Origin: a virus
Lineage: Duplodnaviria > Caudoviricetes
Length of the DNA stretch: 64,000 bases
Virus record (IMG/VR): IMGVR_UViG_3300042997_002652
Span: 192,001 to 256,000 of that record
Reading direction: 5' to 3' (one strand)
Part shown: positions 19,947 through 30,490 of the stretch, one piece after another
How positions within the stretch are numbered: position 1 is the stretch's first letter
Layout: each line of letters opens with the position of its first letter
The notes under the pieces: generated by a model
The model's input: the letters and a program-made list of their open reading frames with translations, nothing else
Told to the model about the DNA's origin: nothing
Database searches by the model: none
Made by a program: the position numbers and the translations under genes

Positions 19947-22900
19947 TTACCTACCAATTTGTAACTCAGCGGGAGTTAATGCCGCTACTACCAATACATC
20001 ATTTGCTACTGCCCCATTTGCAAAAATCTCATAAGGCATGCACTTTATTTCGTATAAATCACCAAAACGCTTGCTAGGATCATTTGGTACTAATACAGCA
20101 GAACTTATTAATTCTCCGCATTCAGCATGTAGATATGCACTTAGTTCTGAGAAAAAGAACGTATCTCCAAAATTCCAATTGTTAATATTAAAATACTCAT
20201 TCATTGCTGTTAATACTGCACTTCTGATTTCACTATCACTAGCATTAGTTTTACTTTGTTTAATTACCTTTATTGTGGCTCTTAGCGCAGGTTCTGCTTT
20301 AGGACCAAATAACGGTTTGAATACAACACTATTTAACACCACAGAATCCGACAACATTTTGAAATTCTGAACTTGTGAGTACTCTTGATTTAGTTGATTG
20401 ATCGTTGGCATATCTGGCATAGGTATTGTGTTAGTTGAATCTTGAATCCAATTTTGATACGCAGTATAATAAGATTGCGTAACTACATAAAGATCAATAA
20501 TATTAGTAGTAGCTGGATCTATTCTAGTAGTATTATTAGAATTATGTCTGTATTGAAAAGACAATCCTTGTCTACCCGGTTTTACTGAGTATTCAAGTTG
20601 TTCTACTAATACATATGAAGGTATAGTTACCGTTTGATCTTGTACTGATTTGTAAAACTTATTCTCTGTATATGCATAAAATAATTGTCCTAGAGGATAA
20701 TCATATTTTACAACTTCTACTTGAGTTTTAGTAGCAAATTGATACACAACGTCAGTAGAAGGAACAATAACTTCTCTTGATAAATTAATAGCATCTTGAA
20801 TTAATCTAAAGAAAACATATATTCCTATATTTGAACCCGTATTATCGTAACCAGTAATTTGCTGAAAGAAATCTGGATTTAAGATTAACTGACTGTTATT
20901 AACATCAGTAGCCGCAATTTCAACTTGGAAATCATCTACATAACCGTCGGATTGAACAGTTTGTCCTAAAATATTAACTTTTACATCTTTACCTAAACTT
21001 TGTGAAGAATTAGGCTGAGAATTTACTTGTAAAACATTAATAAAGTCTTGAATAATTTTTCCAGTAAACGGATCGTATACTAACTCATCTCGTGCAAACG
21101 TAAATCTAGTATCCGCAACACTACCAAAGTAATAAGTTAATGACTTAAGTGTAACAGTATATCTACCTGATCCCATACTTTGAAATTTAACAAAATAATT
21201 CTCGTCGGTTATAGGTCTAATAGTCCATCTTTCTTGATTTATAGTAAGGGCGTTATTGAATACTAATGTAAAATTCTGTTCAAGTTCCATACGAACTACA
21301 CACTCATTAATTAAAGTAGCAGATAATGAGTTGTCAAAAACAGGTATAACGCTAACTAATATTGATCCTGAAGGAACATATCCGTTTAGTGTTACGGGTC
21401 CTGTTCCATTAGCGAAACCACCTTCGCCGTTATTACTACCGTCTCCTATAACGTTTAATACAGTAGTCCAAATAAAATATTGTTCAGAATTTGCGGGGAT
21501 CCCTGCTACCAATCTATTGTTGGCATCATAGTAAAATCCTGACGGTGCACGAAATCTTAAAATTGATCCAGTAGTAACATACTTTGCATTAGTAGTAGTA
21601 AAGGTTCCCAACGAAGCGGGAGTATTATTACTACCAGATATGTTATAAAAATATCCTGATTCACTAGAAGCATCTACTGAACTAGTTTGCCAATATACCC
21701 AAGTGTTGTTAGGAGCTACTTGTGTATTTGTAATAGTATATCTAGGATAATTCTGAATGTAATACTGATTAGCTTTATTTTCTGCAAGAACAGACGCAAG
21801 TGTATTATTAAAGAATGCAATAATATCACTTATGTTATCTATAGTAAGTTCTAAAAATCCGTCAGTATCGTTTTGATAAAGAGCACCATCTGAACCAAAC
21901 GAATTAGTACTTGAATATTTTCCTGTTGGGTCTAATAAGTCAAAGTTTTTAGAAATACCCACTGAACTACGATTAATTGCTTTACTTTTTATAATAGAAC
22001 TATAAAGAGTATAAGGGAAGTTGTTGTAGTCTTCACCGTTTACCATTCTGTTTTGCGTGTAATAACGAGTAGGTGCTCGTTGTTTAATTTCTGATAAAGG
22101 CTCTCTAACTTGCGCGTTAGATACAGCAAGTGGTAACTCTAATCCCAATGTTAGTGTTTCATTTCTTCCTTGACGATTCACATAAGTAAACGCTACCGTA
22201 ATGCCTTGCATTTCTGACGGGTCAATTACATATGTTTGAGCGTTACTAGAACGTACATATGCTCTAAATAATCCTACCGGTACTTCAGAAAATACGCCAT
22301 CACCGAAAATATAAGTAACTTGATCGTTAAATCTAGAATTTACTGAAAATATTTTTTTGTCAGAAAACTCTGTTTGTAGGTATGCGTCTGCATAAACGTT
22401 GTCAACTTTTCTCCAAAGTGTTCTATCACCATTGTTATTGTTTAACTGATATAACCACGTGTCTGTATTATTAACACCTTGAATACTACCTATATCTACT
22501 GTTTGATTTGATATTTGTTGTTCTAAATTAAAATCAAAGTTTTGTAGTGTCCCTTGTTTGAAGTAGAAAAAGAATCCAGTTTCAGGACTACCGTATCCCA
22601 ACTTGTCATTACGATATAAAATGTTAAATCTACTACTAGGGTCAGGTGGAATTTCGTATATATAATCTTCACCTAAACTAGTTACAGATACTAACTCAAA
22701 ACTCATGTTCTGTCCATCTACTGAAGAAGTAAACGGAGCAATGGGCAAACTATTATCAGGAATTTTTATTGAATATTCGTTTGTTGTTACATTCACTATG
22801 TCAGTAGAATTACCCGGTCTACCTATGCGTTGAGTATCAACTAGAGTAGCATTGATAATAGTGTTGAATTGTTCTAACCAATTTGGATTTGCTGGGTCAT

Positions 22901-23333
22901 TCCAAAGTATAGGTATATTATTTAAATTAACACCATTGATGTCTAAAAGATTTTGTGTAGTTTGGATACTAGTAACTTTCAAATAACCTTGAGCGGCTAA
23001 GTTTCTTTTAGGAGTATAGCTTACTAAGTTTGCTAACTTGATTACTGAGTCTCTGCGTTCAGCAGTGTCAATAAAGTTTTCACGAGAGTTTAAGTCGTTT
23101 CTAAAAGCAAGACCCTGACCCATATAAGCCATAACGTCAAGCAGAGCAATAAACTCTGAACTTTCAATATAGTCGTTAAAAGTTTCAGGATAATATAATT
23201 GCAAATAGTCTATAAAACTCTTTCTAAGAGTTTCATAGTCATAGCTTCTAAAATCCGCTTCTCTGAATGTCTGGTAAATCTGCTTCCAGTCATTGACTCC
23301 AAAAAGTCCGCTTTGTCTAGATGATGTTGCCAT
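19947..23333 (-). CDS. gp6: Baseplate wedge subunit, T4 gp6-like / baseplate J family
   Basis: N-terminus has DFRSYDYETLRKSFIDYL...SSEFIALLDVMAYMGQGLAFRNDL...ENFIDTAERRDSVIKLANLVSYTPKR, and it also has RMVNGEDY, both typical of gp6-like proteins. It is adjacent to the gp25-like gene. Confidence 0.85.
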   Translation of the reverse strand: MATSSRQSGLFGVNDWKQIYQTFREADFRSYDYETLRKSFIDYLQLYYPETFNDYIESSEFIALLDVMAYMGQGLAFRNDLNSRENFIDTAERRDSVIKLANLVSYTPKRNLAAQGYLKVTSIQTTQNLLDINGVNLNNIPILWNDPANPNWLEQFNTIINATLVDTQRIGRPGNSTDIVNVTTNEYSIKIPDNSLPIAPFTSSVDGQNMSFELVSVTSLGEDYIYEIPPDPSSRFNILYRNDKLGYGSPETGFFFYFKQGTLQNFDFNLEQQISNQTVDIGSIQGVNNTDTWLYQLNNNNGDRTLWRKVDNVYADAYLQTEFSDKKIFSVNSRFNDQVTYIFGDGVFSEVPVGLFRAYVRSSNAQTYVIDPSEMQGITVAFTYVNRQGRNETLTLGLELPLAVSNAQVREPLSEIKQRAPTRYYTQNRMVNGEDYNNFPYTLYSSIIKSKAINRSSVGISKNFDLLDPTGKYSSTNSFGSDGALYQNDTDGFLELTIDNISDIIAFFNNTLASVLAENKANQYYIQNYPRYTITNTQVAPNNTWVYWQTSSVDASSESGYFYNISGSNNTPASLGTFTTTNAKYVTTGSILRFRAPSGFYYDANNRLVAGIPANSEQYFIWTTVLNVIGDGSNNGEGGFANGTGPVTLNGYVPSGSILVSVIPVFDNSLSATLINECVVRMELEQNFTLVFNNALTINQERWTIRPITDENYFVKFQSMGSGRYTVTLKSLTYYFGSVADTRFTFARDELVYDPFTGKIIQDFINVLQVNSQPNSSQSLGKDVKVNILGQTVQSDGYVDDFQVEIAATDVNNSQLILNPDFFQQITGYDNTGSNIGIYVFFRLIQDAINLSREVIVPSTDVVYQFATKTQVEVVKYDYPLGQLFYAYTENKFYKSVQDQTVTIPSYVLVEQLEYSVKPGRQGLSFQYRHNSNNTTRIDPATTNIIDLYVVTQSYYTAYQNWIQDSTNTIPMPDMPTINQLNQEYSQVQNFKMLSDSVVLNSVVFKPLFGPKAEPALRATIKVIKQSKTNASDSEIRSAVLTAMNEYFNINNWNFGDTFFFSELSAYLHAECGELISSAVLVPNDPSKRFGDLYEIKCMPYEIFANGAVANDVLVVAALTPAELQIGR

Positions 23334-23396
23334 AATAAGTCTCGGTTAATATATACTATATTTATCATTTTGAAAAACCGAGAGTTTTATGATTTA

Positions 23397-23846
23397 TTAA
23401 ATTCTAGAGGCTACACTAGTATCTTGATTAAAAAATACATTTAAAACTAATGCTTGATTGAATGGAGTTACTGCCATTTCTACTTCTATTAGTATACCGT
23501 TGTCACGAGGATAAATATTTACATAGTTAAGTTGAAGTCTTGGATCTAAACTAGCAACTCTTCTGACTTCAGTTTCTAACTGCTGCTGCGTATCAAAATT
23601 ATTAGGCTCAAATACAAAACTCCAAAGAGTAGTTCCATATCCTGGTTGTCCTACTTTTTGTCCTAAGGGTATATTAAGTGCATTTATAAAGTCTTGAATA
23701 ACTAGTTGACTATCCACCATTCTAAACTTTTTACCAAATACGATAGGATCAGTTATACCGCCGGTGCCGGCATCACTACCGGGCCTAGCGTTAGTAGTTT
23801 TTGGTTTGTCTGCATTTATTGTACTGAATCCGATGTATGTTGGCAT
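23397..23846 (-). CDS. gp25: Baseplate wedge protein, gp25/GPW family
   Basis: GQKVGQPGYGTTLWSFVFEP...EVRRVASLDPRLQL matches the gp25 family pattern. It lies between the gp5-like and gp6-like genes. Confidence 0.85.
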   Translation of the reverse strand: MPTYIGFSTINADKPKTTNARPGSDAGTGGITDPIVFGKKFRMVDSQLVIQDFINALNIPLGQKVGQPGYGTTLWSFVFEPNNFDTQQQLETEVRRVASLDPRLQLNYVNIYPRDNGILIEVEMAVTPFNQALVLNVFFNQDTSVASRI

Positions 23847-23861
23847 GATGTATTTATTCTT

Positions 23862-26800
23862 TTATTGTTGGTTACTTATTGCGTCTATTCTTGCTTGATA
23901 GTCTCTTTTCTTAGCAAATAGTGCATCAAGTTTTGCTTGTACTTCATCTTTTTTACGTTTAACTTCGGGATCGCCGGCTGGAGAATTTTGCTCTTCTGTT
24001 AATACAGCTATACCCTCTGTTTGTTTTACCCTTAATATTTGTATATTTACACCCTGTATCTTTTCTCTAAGATCAATTATTTCTCTGTCCACTCGTCTTA
24101 TATCAGTTAAGCTTTGTACAGCCTGTCTAGAAACTTCTCCAGTAAAAGTTGGATTAGGTATTCCTGGATCTCCTAACAATGAAACTGTTTTCTGATTGAT
24201 AGATTCTCTGTTAGTAGTGTTTACTGCAACTGATAATGTTCTAGATTTTCCTTTGCCGCCAAACAATGATTTTACAGCAGAAATAGCAGACATTGCACCA
24301 GCAATAGATCCTATCGGCAATCCTGAAAGAGATTTTGCTAGTCCACCTGATAATCCACTAGTTATACCTCCTAGTCCACCTGTTAAGCTACTAGTTATAC
24401 CTCCTAGTCCACCTGTTAAGCTACTAGTTATACCTCCTAATCCGCCTGTTAAGCTACCGGTTATACCGCCTAGTCCACCTGATAATCCGCTAGTTAAACT
24501 GCTCAAGTCACCTGGTAATTTTGGAAGAGGTAAATTATTCATTGCAGAGCTAAAAGATCCAGTGACTAATGACGATATTTGACCAGATCCGGGAATGCTA
24601 GTTAAATTTGGTAATGCTTTATCAGTAAAAGATGCAATTGATTTCAATCCACCGGGCATATTGATTATCCCGCTAGCTATATTAGTAGATTCCAAGAGTG
24701 AAGTGCCAGTGAATCCCTGTAATGCTTGAGCACCTAACGAACTAACGGGATTTAATTTACTAATAACATCTGCGCTAGCTTGCCCTACTACATTAGAAAG
24801 TGAATCAGAAACTATTTGCTGACTACTAACCGAAGTACCTAAATTAGTAGCTACTCCAGCTCTGAAAGAAGGGAATGACAAGTTTATTGCAGAAAATGTA
24901 GAGCCCACAATACCGGTATTACTTGCTATCGGGCCACTAATACTTGGTGATATAGACATCGCATTTACTGCTTGTGAAATTCCGCCGAAGCCTTCTATTG
25001 TGTTTGTTGCTTCTGTCACAGATGCGGTAGCTAAACCTATGTCTCTTAGTACAGAAGAATCAGTAGTATTTTTATTAACTACAGTTCTTACTGTAGTTAC
25101 TGTGTTACTTAAACCAGAGTTAACACCTGAAAAAACCACTCCTGCTATTTGACCTGATGTTTCTCTTCCTGTAATTACACCCGTATTAGTTAACGCTGTT
25201 TGTGATTGTCGCAGTGTTGTAACAACCGTGTTAGTTTGAGATTGTATTTGTCTAGTATAGGTACTTAAATTCTCTGCACCAGAGTTACCAGTAAACAATG
25301 TACTTGGCATAGCCTGCGTAATATTAGCCCCTGAACTTACTAATGAATTAATTAGCCTATCTGATCCCGGTTTCAAGACACCAGCACTTGCTAGTTGCGC
25401 CGGGCTTTGTGCAAATGCTCCTATCGCAGCGATTCTTGACGAACCCACATTTACTACGGATGCTCCTCGTTGTATAGCCGAAGATAGAGGTCCTGAAGCT
25501 GCTTGCTGAGCAGTAGCACCTATTAGTGCAGTAGTAGCTGAACTGTTTAAAGATTTGCTAATGGCTCCGGCAGTAGGCGAGGACAATGCAGTTGCTAGTC
25601 TTGCCGGCACAGCACCTGTTCTAAGTCCTGCTTGTACTACATTAGATAAAGCTGAACTAGGACCCTGAGGTAGTTGTGAAGAAGAACTTAGATCAACCTT
25701 TATGTCTACTCCTTGACCTGCATGAGCCCATGGCGCGTGAGCAGGTGCCCTAGATGTTACACTCATCAACTTACCAGGCGCTGCGGTAAATCCCTTTTGA
25801 TTATCAAAAAGAGTATCAGTGTGCGCTATTAAAGGAGTAGGTGCTGCATCTAAAGGAATAATAGGAGATTTACCTGTGTTTAAATTTATTAGTCCTCCGT
25901 TTATAAAAGTTAATGCAGTACTTGAGAATGAAGCTATACCGGTAGCTTGAAGACTCATTGCTCCTAAAACTTTAGTTGTAACCATTCCTAAAGCAGAAGT
26001 TATTAAGTTCATACCTATAGATTGTGTTAATGATTTATCAGTGGCTATATTCATGTTTTCTGCATGAATATTTAAATTTTTAGCCGCGTGTATATTCAAG
26101 TCATTGTCAGCGTGTAAATTTAGATCACCGTGAGTTCTTAAGTTAATGGAATTTGTAGAGTAAATGTCTACTGTACCTTCTTTACCTAATTCTATATACG
26201 ATTGTCCGTTGGAGTGTAGAACCATTAATGTTTGTCCGTCATCACTCATAAGTATTTGATGACCTTTTGCTGTTCTTATTCGGACTAACTGATCTCTACC
26301 TATAACATCACCGTCATCCATTACAATAGAATGTCCGCCGCGTCTAGATATCACTCGTAATTTTTGATCAATGTTTGTTGGGTTATTTTTTATATTTTCA
26401 GCAATTGTTTCATCATCAAAACCTCCTTCATATATAGGTCTACCGGGTGTGCTTACTCCCCATCCCACTCTACTAGAAGTTTCTCGTTGTGCGCTTGATG
26501 ATATCGGACCTCTCACTGGATCTCTTATTATACCTTGCTGTTCCATGATAGCCGCTGTATAACTATGTACTGGTTTGGTTGCAGTTATAAAACCCGGCTT
26601 GTTAGATTCAGCTTGGTTATTTGTATTCATATTTGTAGTAGGTAGTCTGGGCGCCCCTCCGTAAGTAGAACCCTCGCTATCATTATTGAATGATACATTT
26701 TCTTGTTGATCGGTAAAAGTTGCACCAATAGCAGGAACCATATGTAAAGTTTCTGGGTCCGGTACGCACCCTATGTAAAAACCATAGTTTACATCCCCGT

Positions 26801-27140
26801 TAACAAAAACACAAATTACAGTAGTTCCTATATCGGGAGGGGCGTGCCACTCACCATATGACGATGGATTGTGTTTAAAATCTCCAGAACCCTCACTACT
26901 TGAAGTTGGTCTAACACTTCCAAAAAAGTTAGTCATATATCTCACAGTTACCCAACCAGAAGAATTCTCTGGATCTAAACTGTTTAAACCGGATATGTAA
27001 ACTTTAAGCCTACCTGCCCTGACAGGGTCAATATTATCTTTTACTATACCAAACACAGGAGAAGACCTGATAAATGCTCCACCTGAGTCAGGTTTATATG
27101 CGTTCAATGTTCCTCTAGGTTTGAATACGTTTTCAGCCAT
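23862..27140 (-). CDS. gp5: Baseplate central spike, gp5/VgrG-like, with a long C-terminal extension
   Basis: The N-terminal OB-fold-like part has VKDNIDPVRAGRLKVYI...WHAPPDIGTTVICVF. This is followed by GHSIVMDDG...IRTAKGHQILMSD and short beta-helix repeats up to GGLINLN. The remaining ~650 aa are Ser/Gly/Ala-rich and end in a coiled coil. Confidence 0.75.
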   Translation of the reverse strand: MAENVFKPRGTLNAYKPDSGGAFIRSSPVFGIVKDNIDPVRAGRLKVYISGLNSLDPENSSGWVTVRYMTNFFGSVRPTSSSEGSGDFKHNPSSYGEWHAPPDIGTTVICVFVNGDVNYGFYIGCVPDPETLHMVPAIGATFTDQQENVSFNNDSEGSTYGGAPRLPTTNMNTNNQAESNKPGFITATKPVHSYTAAIMEQQGIIRDPVRGPISSSAQRETSSRVGWGVSTPGRPIYEGGFDDETIAENIKNNPTNIDQKLRVISRRGGHSIVMDDGDVIGRDQLVRIRTAKGHQILMSDDGQTLMVLHSNGQSYIELGKEGTVDIYSTNSINLRTHGDLNLHADNDLNIHAAKNLNIHAENMNIATDKSLTQSIGMNLITSALGMVTTKVLGAMSLQATGIASFSSTALTFINGGLINLNTGKSPIIPLDAAPTPLIAHTDTLFDNQKGFTAAPGKLMSVTSRAPAHAPWAHAGQGVDIKVDLSSSSQLPQGPSSALSNVVQAGLRTGAVPARLATALSSPTAGAISKSLNSSATTALIGATAQQAASGPLSSAIQRGASVVNVGSSRIAAIGAFAQSPAQLASAGVLKPGSDRLINSLVSSGANITQAMPSTLFTGNSGAENLSTYTRQIQSQTNTVVTTLRQSQTALTNTGVITGRETSGQIAGVVFSGVNSGLSNTVTTVRTVVNKNTTDSSVLRDIGLATASVTEATNTIEGFGGISQAVNAMSISPSISGPIASNTGIVGSTFSAINLSFPSFRAGVATNLGTSVSSQQIVSDSLSNVVGQASADVISKLNPVSSLGAQALQGFTGTSLLESTNIASGIINMPGGLKSIASFTDKALPNLTSIPGSGQISSLVTGSFSSAMNNLPLPKLPGDLSSLTSGLSGGLGGITGSLTGGLGGITSSLTGGLGGITSSLTGGLGGITSGLSGGLAKSLSGLPIGSIAGAMSAISAVKSLFGGKGKSRTLSVAVNTTNRESINQKTVSLLGDPGIPNPTFTGEVSRQAVQSLTDIRRVDREIIDLREKIQGVNIQILRVKQTEGIAVLTEEQNSPAGDPEVKRKKDEVQAKLDALFAKKRDYQARIDAISNQQ
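24338..24495 (-). repeat. 33-bp (11-aa) tandem repeat, about 5 copies, in the gp5-like gene
   Basis: The unit ctagttatacctcctagtccacctgttaagcta is repeated on the plus strand and encodes (S/G)(S/G)L(T/S)GGLGGIT. Confidence 0.9.
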
Positions 27141-27151
27141 TTTTTTAACCT

Positions 27152-29272
27152 TTAATCATCTGTTGTTGATGTTGTACCGAGTCTAAACGGTATTTGTATA
27201 GTAGATTCAGCAGGAACTGGATTAATTTGTGGTACTATATTAGTTACTAAGTTCTTAATAAATCCAGTATTGGACGTAGTTACATTACTGTTTGTTGTAG
27301 TGGGACCTGTTCCGGTAGTTTTAGGACCTATAGTAGAGTCAGTAAACTGGTAAGTCATTTTACATGTTAACACTTGTTTGAATACTCCTCCTGAAAAAGT
27401 ACTGTCTACGTTTACTACTTGATAACTTATTCCTTTAATATTAGCTGTTTCCGGATAGTTCCAAAATCTAATTTGATCATTAATAGAAAGAGTGCCTGTA
27501 TTGTAATTATAATCTTTTGCTTCTCTAAAATCTAATTCTATAAAAACTTGTCCGCCGTTAGCACTAATAGTAAAGTTGTTTGCTCCATAAAATTGATTGT
27601 AAACTTGATTAGGGCTATCTATTGTGTCTTCCATTAAAAAGTCCGGGTCGCCTAATATTGTTATCTTTGCCTCAGCAAAACTTTTAGGATCAGATAAATC
27701 AGTTAATACACTGTTTTCAGCAGCAAGGTTCGTATCTGTAGGGGCCCCGGTGTTATCTCCATTAACCGATTGAGTACCAAGAATACGAGGAGTTTCTGGT
27801 GCTATACCTGGACCTGAATTTTCATTTATATCCGGAAGATTATTTGGATTAAATATTATCATAAAATAATTGTTATCCAATCGCTGTTCGTATTCAAGCA
27901 CTTCAGAATTTTGACCAGTATACCAGTATTCGTATCGTTTACTAGGTCCATAATATCCTATGCCAGGATTAGCTAACGGATTAATAATAACAGGGGTATC
28001 ATACTTTTGTAGTACGTATGTTATGATATAAGCATAGTCTTTTATTTTAGGATCCCATATACCACCAGAAACACGGGCGCTTAATGTATACCAAGAAAAG
28101 CTTTTACTAGAATTTGATATAATCCTTCTGTCGCGTTTAGTTGGATCAGGTTCAAGATCGGTAGTTTGTATTTGTCTTAACGCATCTGTCAGATAACTGC
28201 TTTGTTTTATTATTTGACTTATTCCTTGCATTATAGAAATTTTTTCAAAAGTAAACTCTTTTTTAGTAGGATCATATGCTGCTCCCTGGCGTTCATTTAC
28301 CTGATTGACAGTCAGAGCACCACTACCTGATGTTCTAAGTTTCTCTATATCACTATCATTAACTATAGATGCTTTTGCTATAGGATTATCTGTTGAATTT
28401 GGTGAATCCGGAAATCCATGGTATTCTAGCCTATAAAGAGTTGGCTTTATGTCATTATTATATTCTAATCTAAGTTGCTCATTATTAAGACCGTCTATTA
28501 GTTGTTGTAACGATTCCCCTACTGTACTTGCAGAAATAGAAACAGCATTATTTATAAATCCTTTTTTTGTGCCGAATCCGGTGTTTTGATCTATAGGGCT
28601 TGCTATAATATCATAAACAGTTGCTTTTCCGTCAATTTTAAATTTTATGTTTGTAATAGTTAAAAAGTAATACCTATTAAAAAGTCTGTTACTATCATTA
28701 TTAAAATCTAGCGATACATCATCATATTGTTGATTACCCGACATTAAGTTTCCATTCTTATCATACCCTAAAAACCCAACACTTAACACAAAAGGCATTC
28801 GTGTGGGATTATTAGGAAATGAAGTAGCAACAGCAAAACTATCTCTAGCTTTTTTTAAATTGCTTATAAAAGAAAATCCATATGGTTCTATAATCTTAAA
28901 TGAAATATTAGTTACATTAGTAAATGTATGATTTGTTGCACCGGTTTTATTTTTTATTACTAAGTCATCTATATAATAATCTAGTTCAAATCCCGGTGCT
29001 GTATTAGAAGTAGTATTGTTTATGCCGCCGTTTTGTGCTACTAAGTAAGCGGTATTAGTGTCATTCAAAATAGTACCGTCTTTTGCATTAGTTGACCTAA
29101 ACAAATCCATTCCGGTTGGTGTTACTAAGTATAAGCCAATTTGATAATTATAACTAGAATAATAACCTAAAGGATTTTTAGTTCTTCTACCTGGTTTATT
29201 TTCAATATTAGGAGGTGTAACATTATAAAATCTAAATTCATCAGATGAATCATCATTTACTGTATTTGTCAT
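27152..29272 (-). CDS. Putative baseplate hub / tail-associated protein (706 aa)
   Basis: It lies between the gp53-like and gp5-like genes. The C-terminal AKITILGDPDF...YQVVNVDSTFSGGVFKQVLTC resembles hub (gp27/gpD-like) proteins. The assignment rests mainly on synteny. Confidence 0.5.
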   Translation of the reverse strand: MTNTVNDDSSDEFRFYNVTPPNIENKPGRRTKNPLGYYSSYNYQIGLYLVTPTGMDLFRSTNAKDGTILNDTNTAYLVAQNGGINNTTSNTAPGFELDYYIDDLVIKNKTGATNHTFTNVTNISFKIIEPYGFSFISNLKKARDSFAVATSFPNNPTRMPFVLSVGFLGYDKNGNLMSGNQQYDDVSLDFNNDSNRLFNRYYFLTITNIKFKIDGKATVYDIIASPIDQNTGFGTKKGFINNAVSISASTVGESLQQLIDGLNNEQLRLEYNNDIKPTLYRLEYHGFPDSPNSTDNPIAKASIVNDSDIEKLRTSGSGALTVNQVNERQGAAYDPTKKEFTFEKISIMQGISQIIKQSSYLTDALRQIQTTDLEPDPTKRDRRIISNSSKSFSWYTLSARVSGGIWDPKIKDYAYIITYVLQKYDTPVIINPLANPGIGYYGPSKRYEYWYTGQNSEVLEYEQRLDNNYFMIIFNPNNLPDINENSGPGIAPETPRILGTQSVNGDNTGAPTDTNLAAENSVLTDLSDPKSFAEAKITILGDPDFLMEDTIDSPNQVYNQFYGANNFTISANGGQVFIELDFREAKDYNYNTGTLSINDQIRFWNYPETANIKGISYQVVNVDSTFSGGVFKQVLTCKMTYQFTDSTIGPKTTGTGPTTTNSNVTTSNTGFIKNLVTNIVPQINPVPAESTIQIPFRLGTTSTTDD

Positions 29273-29273
29273 C

Positions 29274-29591
29274 TTAAATGCCTAACACCTGTTTTAATGT
29301 GCTCATTTTAGGTATATAAATTGATATACCTGCAACAAAGTCAAAATATGGATCGTAACCTAGTTTGTTGGGATTGCGTTCAGCAAATACCCACCATAAT
29401 CTAGAATCACTATATAAGTCATAGGCTAGCATATCAGGCCTAAATTCATAAACTTGAGGTATAATATATAATACATCAGAAGCTAACTTAGGTATAGGTC
29501 TGTACCTCAATGTATCTAGATACTTATCATCATTAATATCTGTCAGATAATAAGGACTTGTTGCAGGATATATACTATTTGACATTACCAT
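29274..29591 (-). CDS. gp53: Baseplate wedge protein, gp53-like (LysM-like fold)
   Basis: YEFRPDMLAYDLYSDSRLWWVFAERN matches the RPD-x-LA-x-x-LY...LWW pattern of the gp53/LysM family. Confidence 0.75.
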   Translation of the reverse strand: MVMSNSIYPATSPYYLTDINDDKYLDTLRYRPIPKLASDVLYIIPQVYEFRPDMLAYDLYSDSRLWWVFAERNPNKLGYDPYFDFVAGISIYIPKMSTLKQVLGI

Positions 29592-30478
29592 ATACCTTTT
29601 GTAGTTAAACTACCGTTAGCATATTGTTCTAAACTAAATTTGTCTCTGATGTCATTTCTAGAAACAACTGGATATGCTGTTAACTGTATTTGTATCTGTG
29701 TAGGAACATATGTTGCGTCAGTAAATTTACCCGGTCTCGGCGGAGAGAATACTGTAGGTGGTGCTTCTCCGCCGGGCAATAAAGTTAACCCTAGTCTGGC
29801 TATTCGCTGTATTATTGTGGGCTCTTTTGCTTGTGTTCCTTCTTGAGCACCGGTTGGTGGCTCGTTATTTGGAACCGGGGACGGAGACTCAAGTTGCGCC
29901 CTTATATAATCTACTTTATCAGGTAGACTATAGTTAAAACTAGTAATTACTATAGGATGATTATTGAACTGATAAGTGCCTAACCCTGATAGAAAACACA
30001 ACGGGGGAGGAGTACCGTTCACTGGCATTTGATCTCGACCATAAAACATTTTAGTAACTGATTTAAAAAAGTGTATAACTGCTAACATATAGTTGGCTTC
30101 TTCAGTATCTTGCGCTGTAAAGGTAGCAGTTATTGAAATTTGATCTACACTACTGTTTCTGTACTGATAAATTTTATAATTAGAATGAACAGGTTCTGTA
30201 GGTTCATAGTTTGCAGCATAACTTACCTGAATTTGTGGTGTGTAAGGGAATATCACACCTTTAGTGCCGTTAAGGGGTTTAAGTATACCTGGCTTTGATG
30301 CTTTATATAAATATGTTGCATCCGGCGCTAGGCTTAGTCGCACTCTCCAGTCATTCTGCGCCTGTTCAAATTGATTGTTAGTTGCAGATTCTTGTGTGCG
30401 AGTTATATCCCCAGGCAAGCCGGCAAGCTTGCCAAGACCTTTTCTTATTAGACTTTGTGTAAACGGACTTATTGCCAT
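29585..30478 (-). CDS. Baseplate tail-tube initiator/cap, gp48/gp54-like
   Basis: GVIFPYTPQIQVSYAANY...ITATFTAQ...PPPLCFLSGLG...PIVITSFNYSLP...PTQIQIQLT follows the tube-initiator pattern. It is the first gene of the minus-strand baseplate module. Confidence 0.6.
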   Translation of the reverse strand: MAISPFTQSLIRKGLGKLAGLPGDITRTQESATNNQFEQAQNDWRVRLSLAPDATYLYKASKPGILKPLNGTKGVIFPYTPQIQVSYAANYEPTEPVHSNYKIYQYRNSSVDQISITATFTAQDTEEANYMLAVIHFFKSVTKMFYGRDQMPVNGTPPPLCFLSGLGTYQFNNHPIVITSFNYSLPDKVDYIRAQLESPSPVPNNEPPTGAQEGTQAKEPTIIQRIARLGLTLLPGGEAPPTVFSPPRPGKFTDATYVPTQIQIQLTAYPVVSRNDIRDKFSLEQYANGSLTTKGIW

Positions 30479-30490
30479 TGATTAATTCCT

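Noticed and set aside
24338-24495. CRISPR-like array (also considered for 39240-39388 and 54465-55265)
   Set aside because: The units are contiguous with no unique spacers, have lengths in multiples of 3, and lie in frame within coding sequence.
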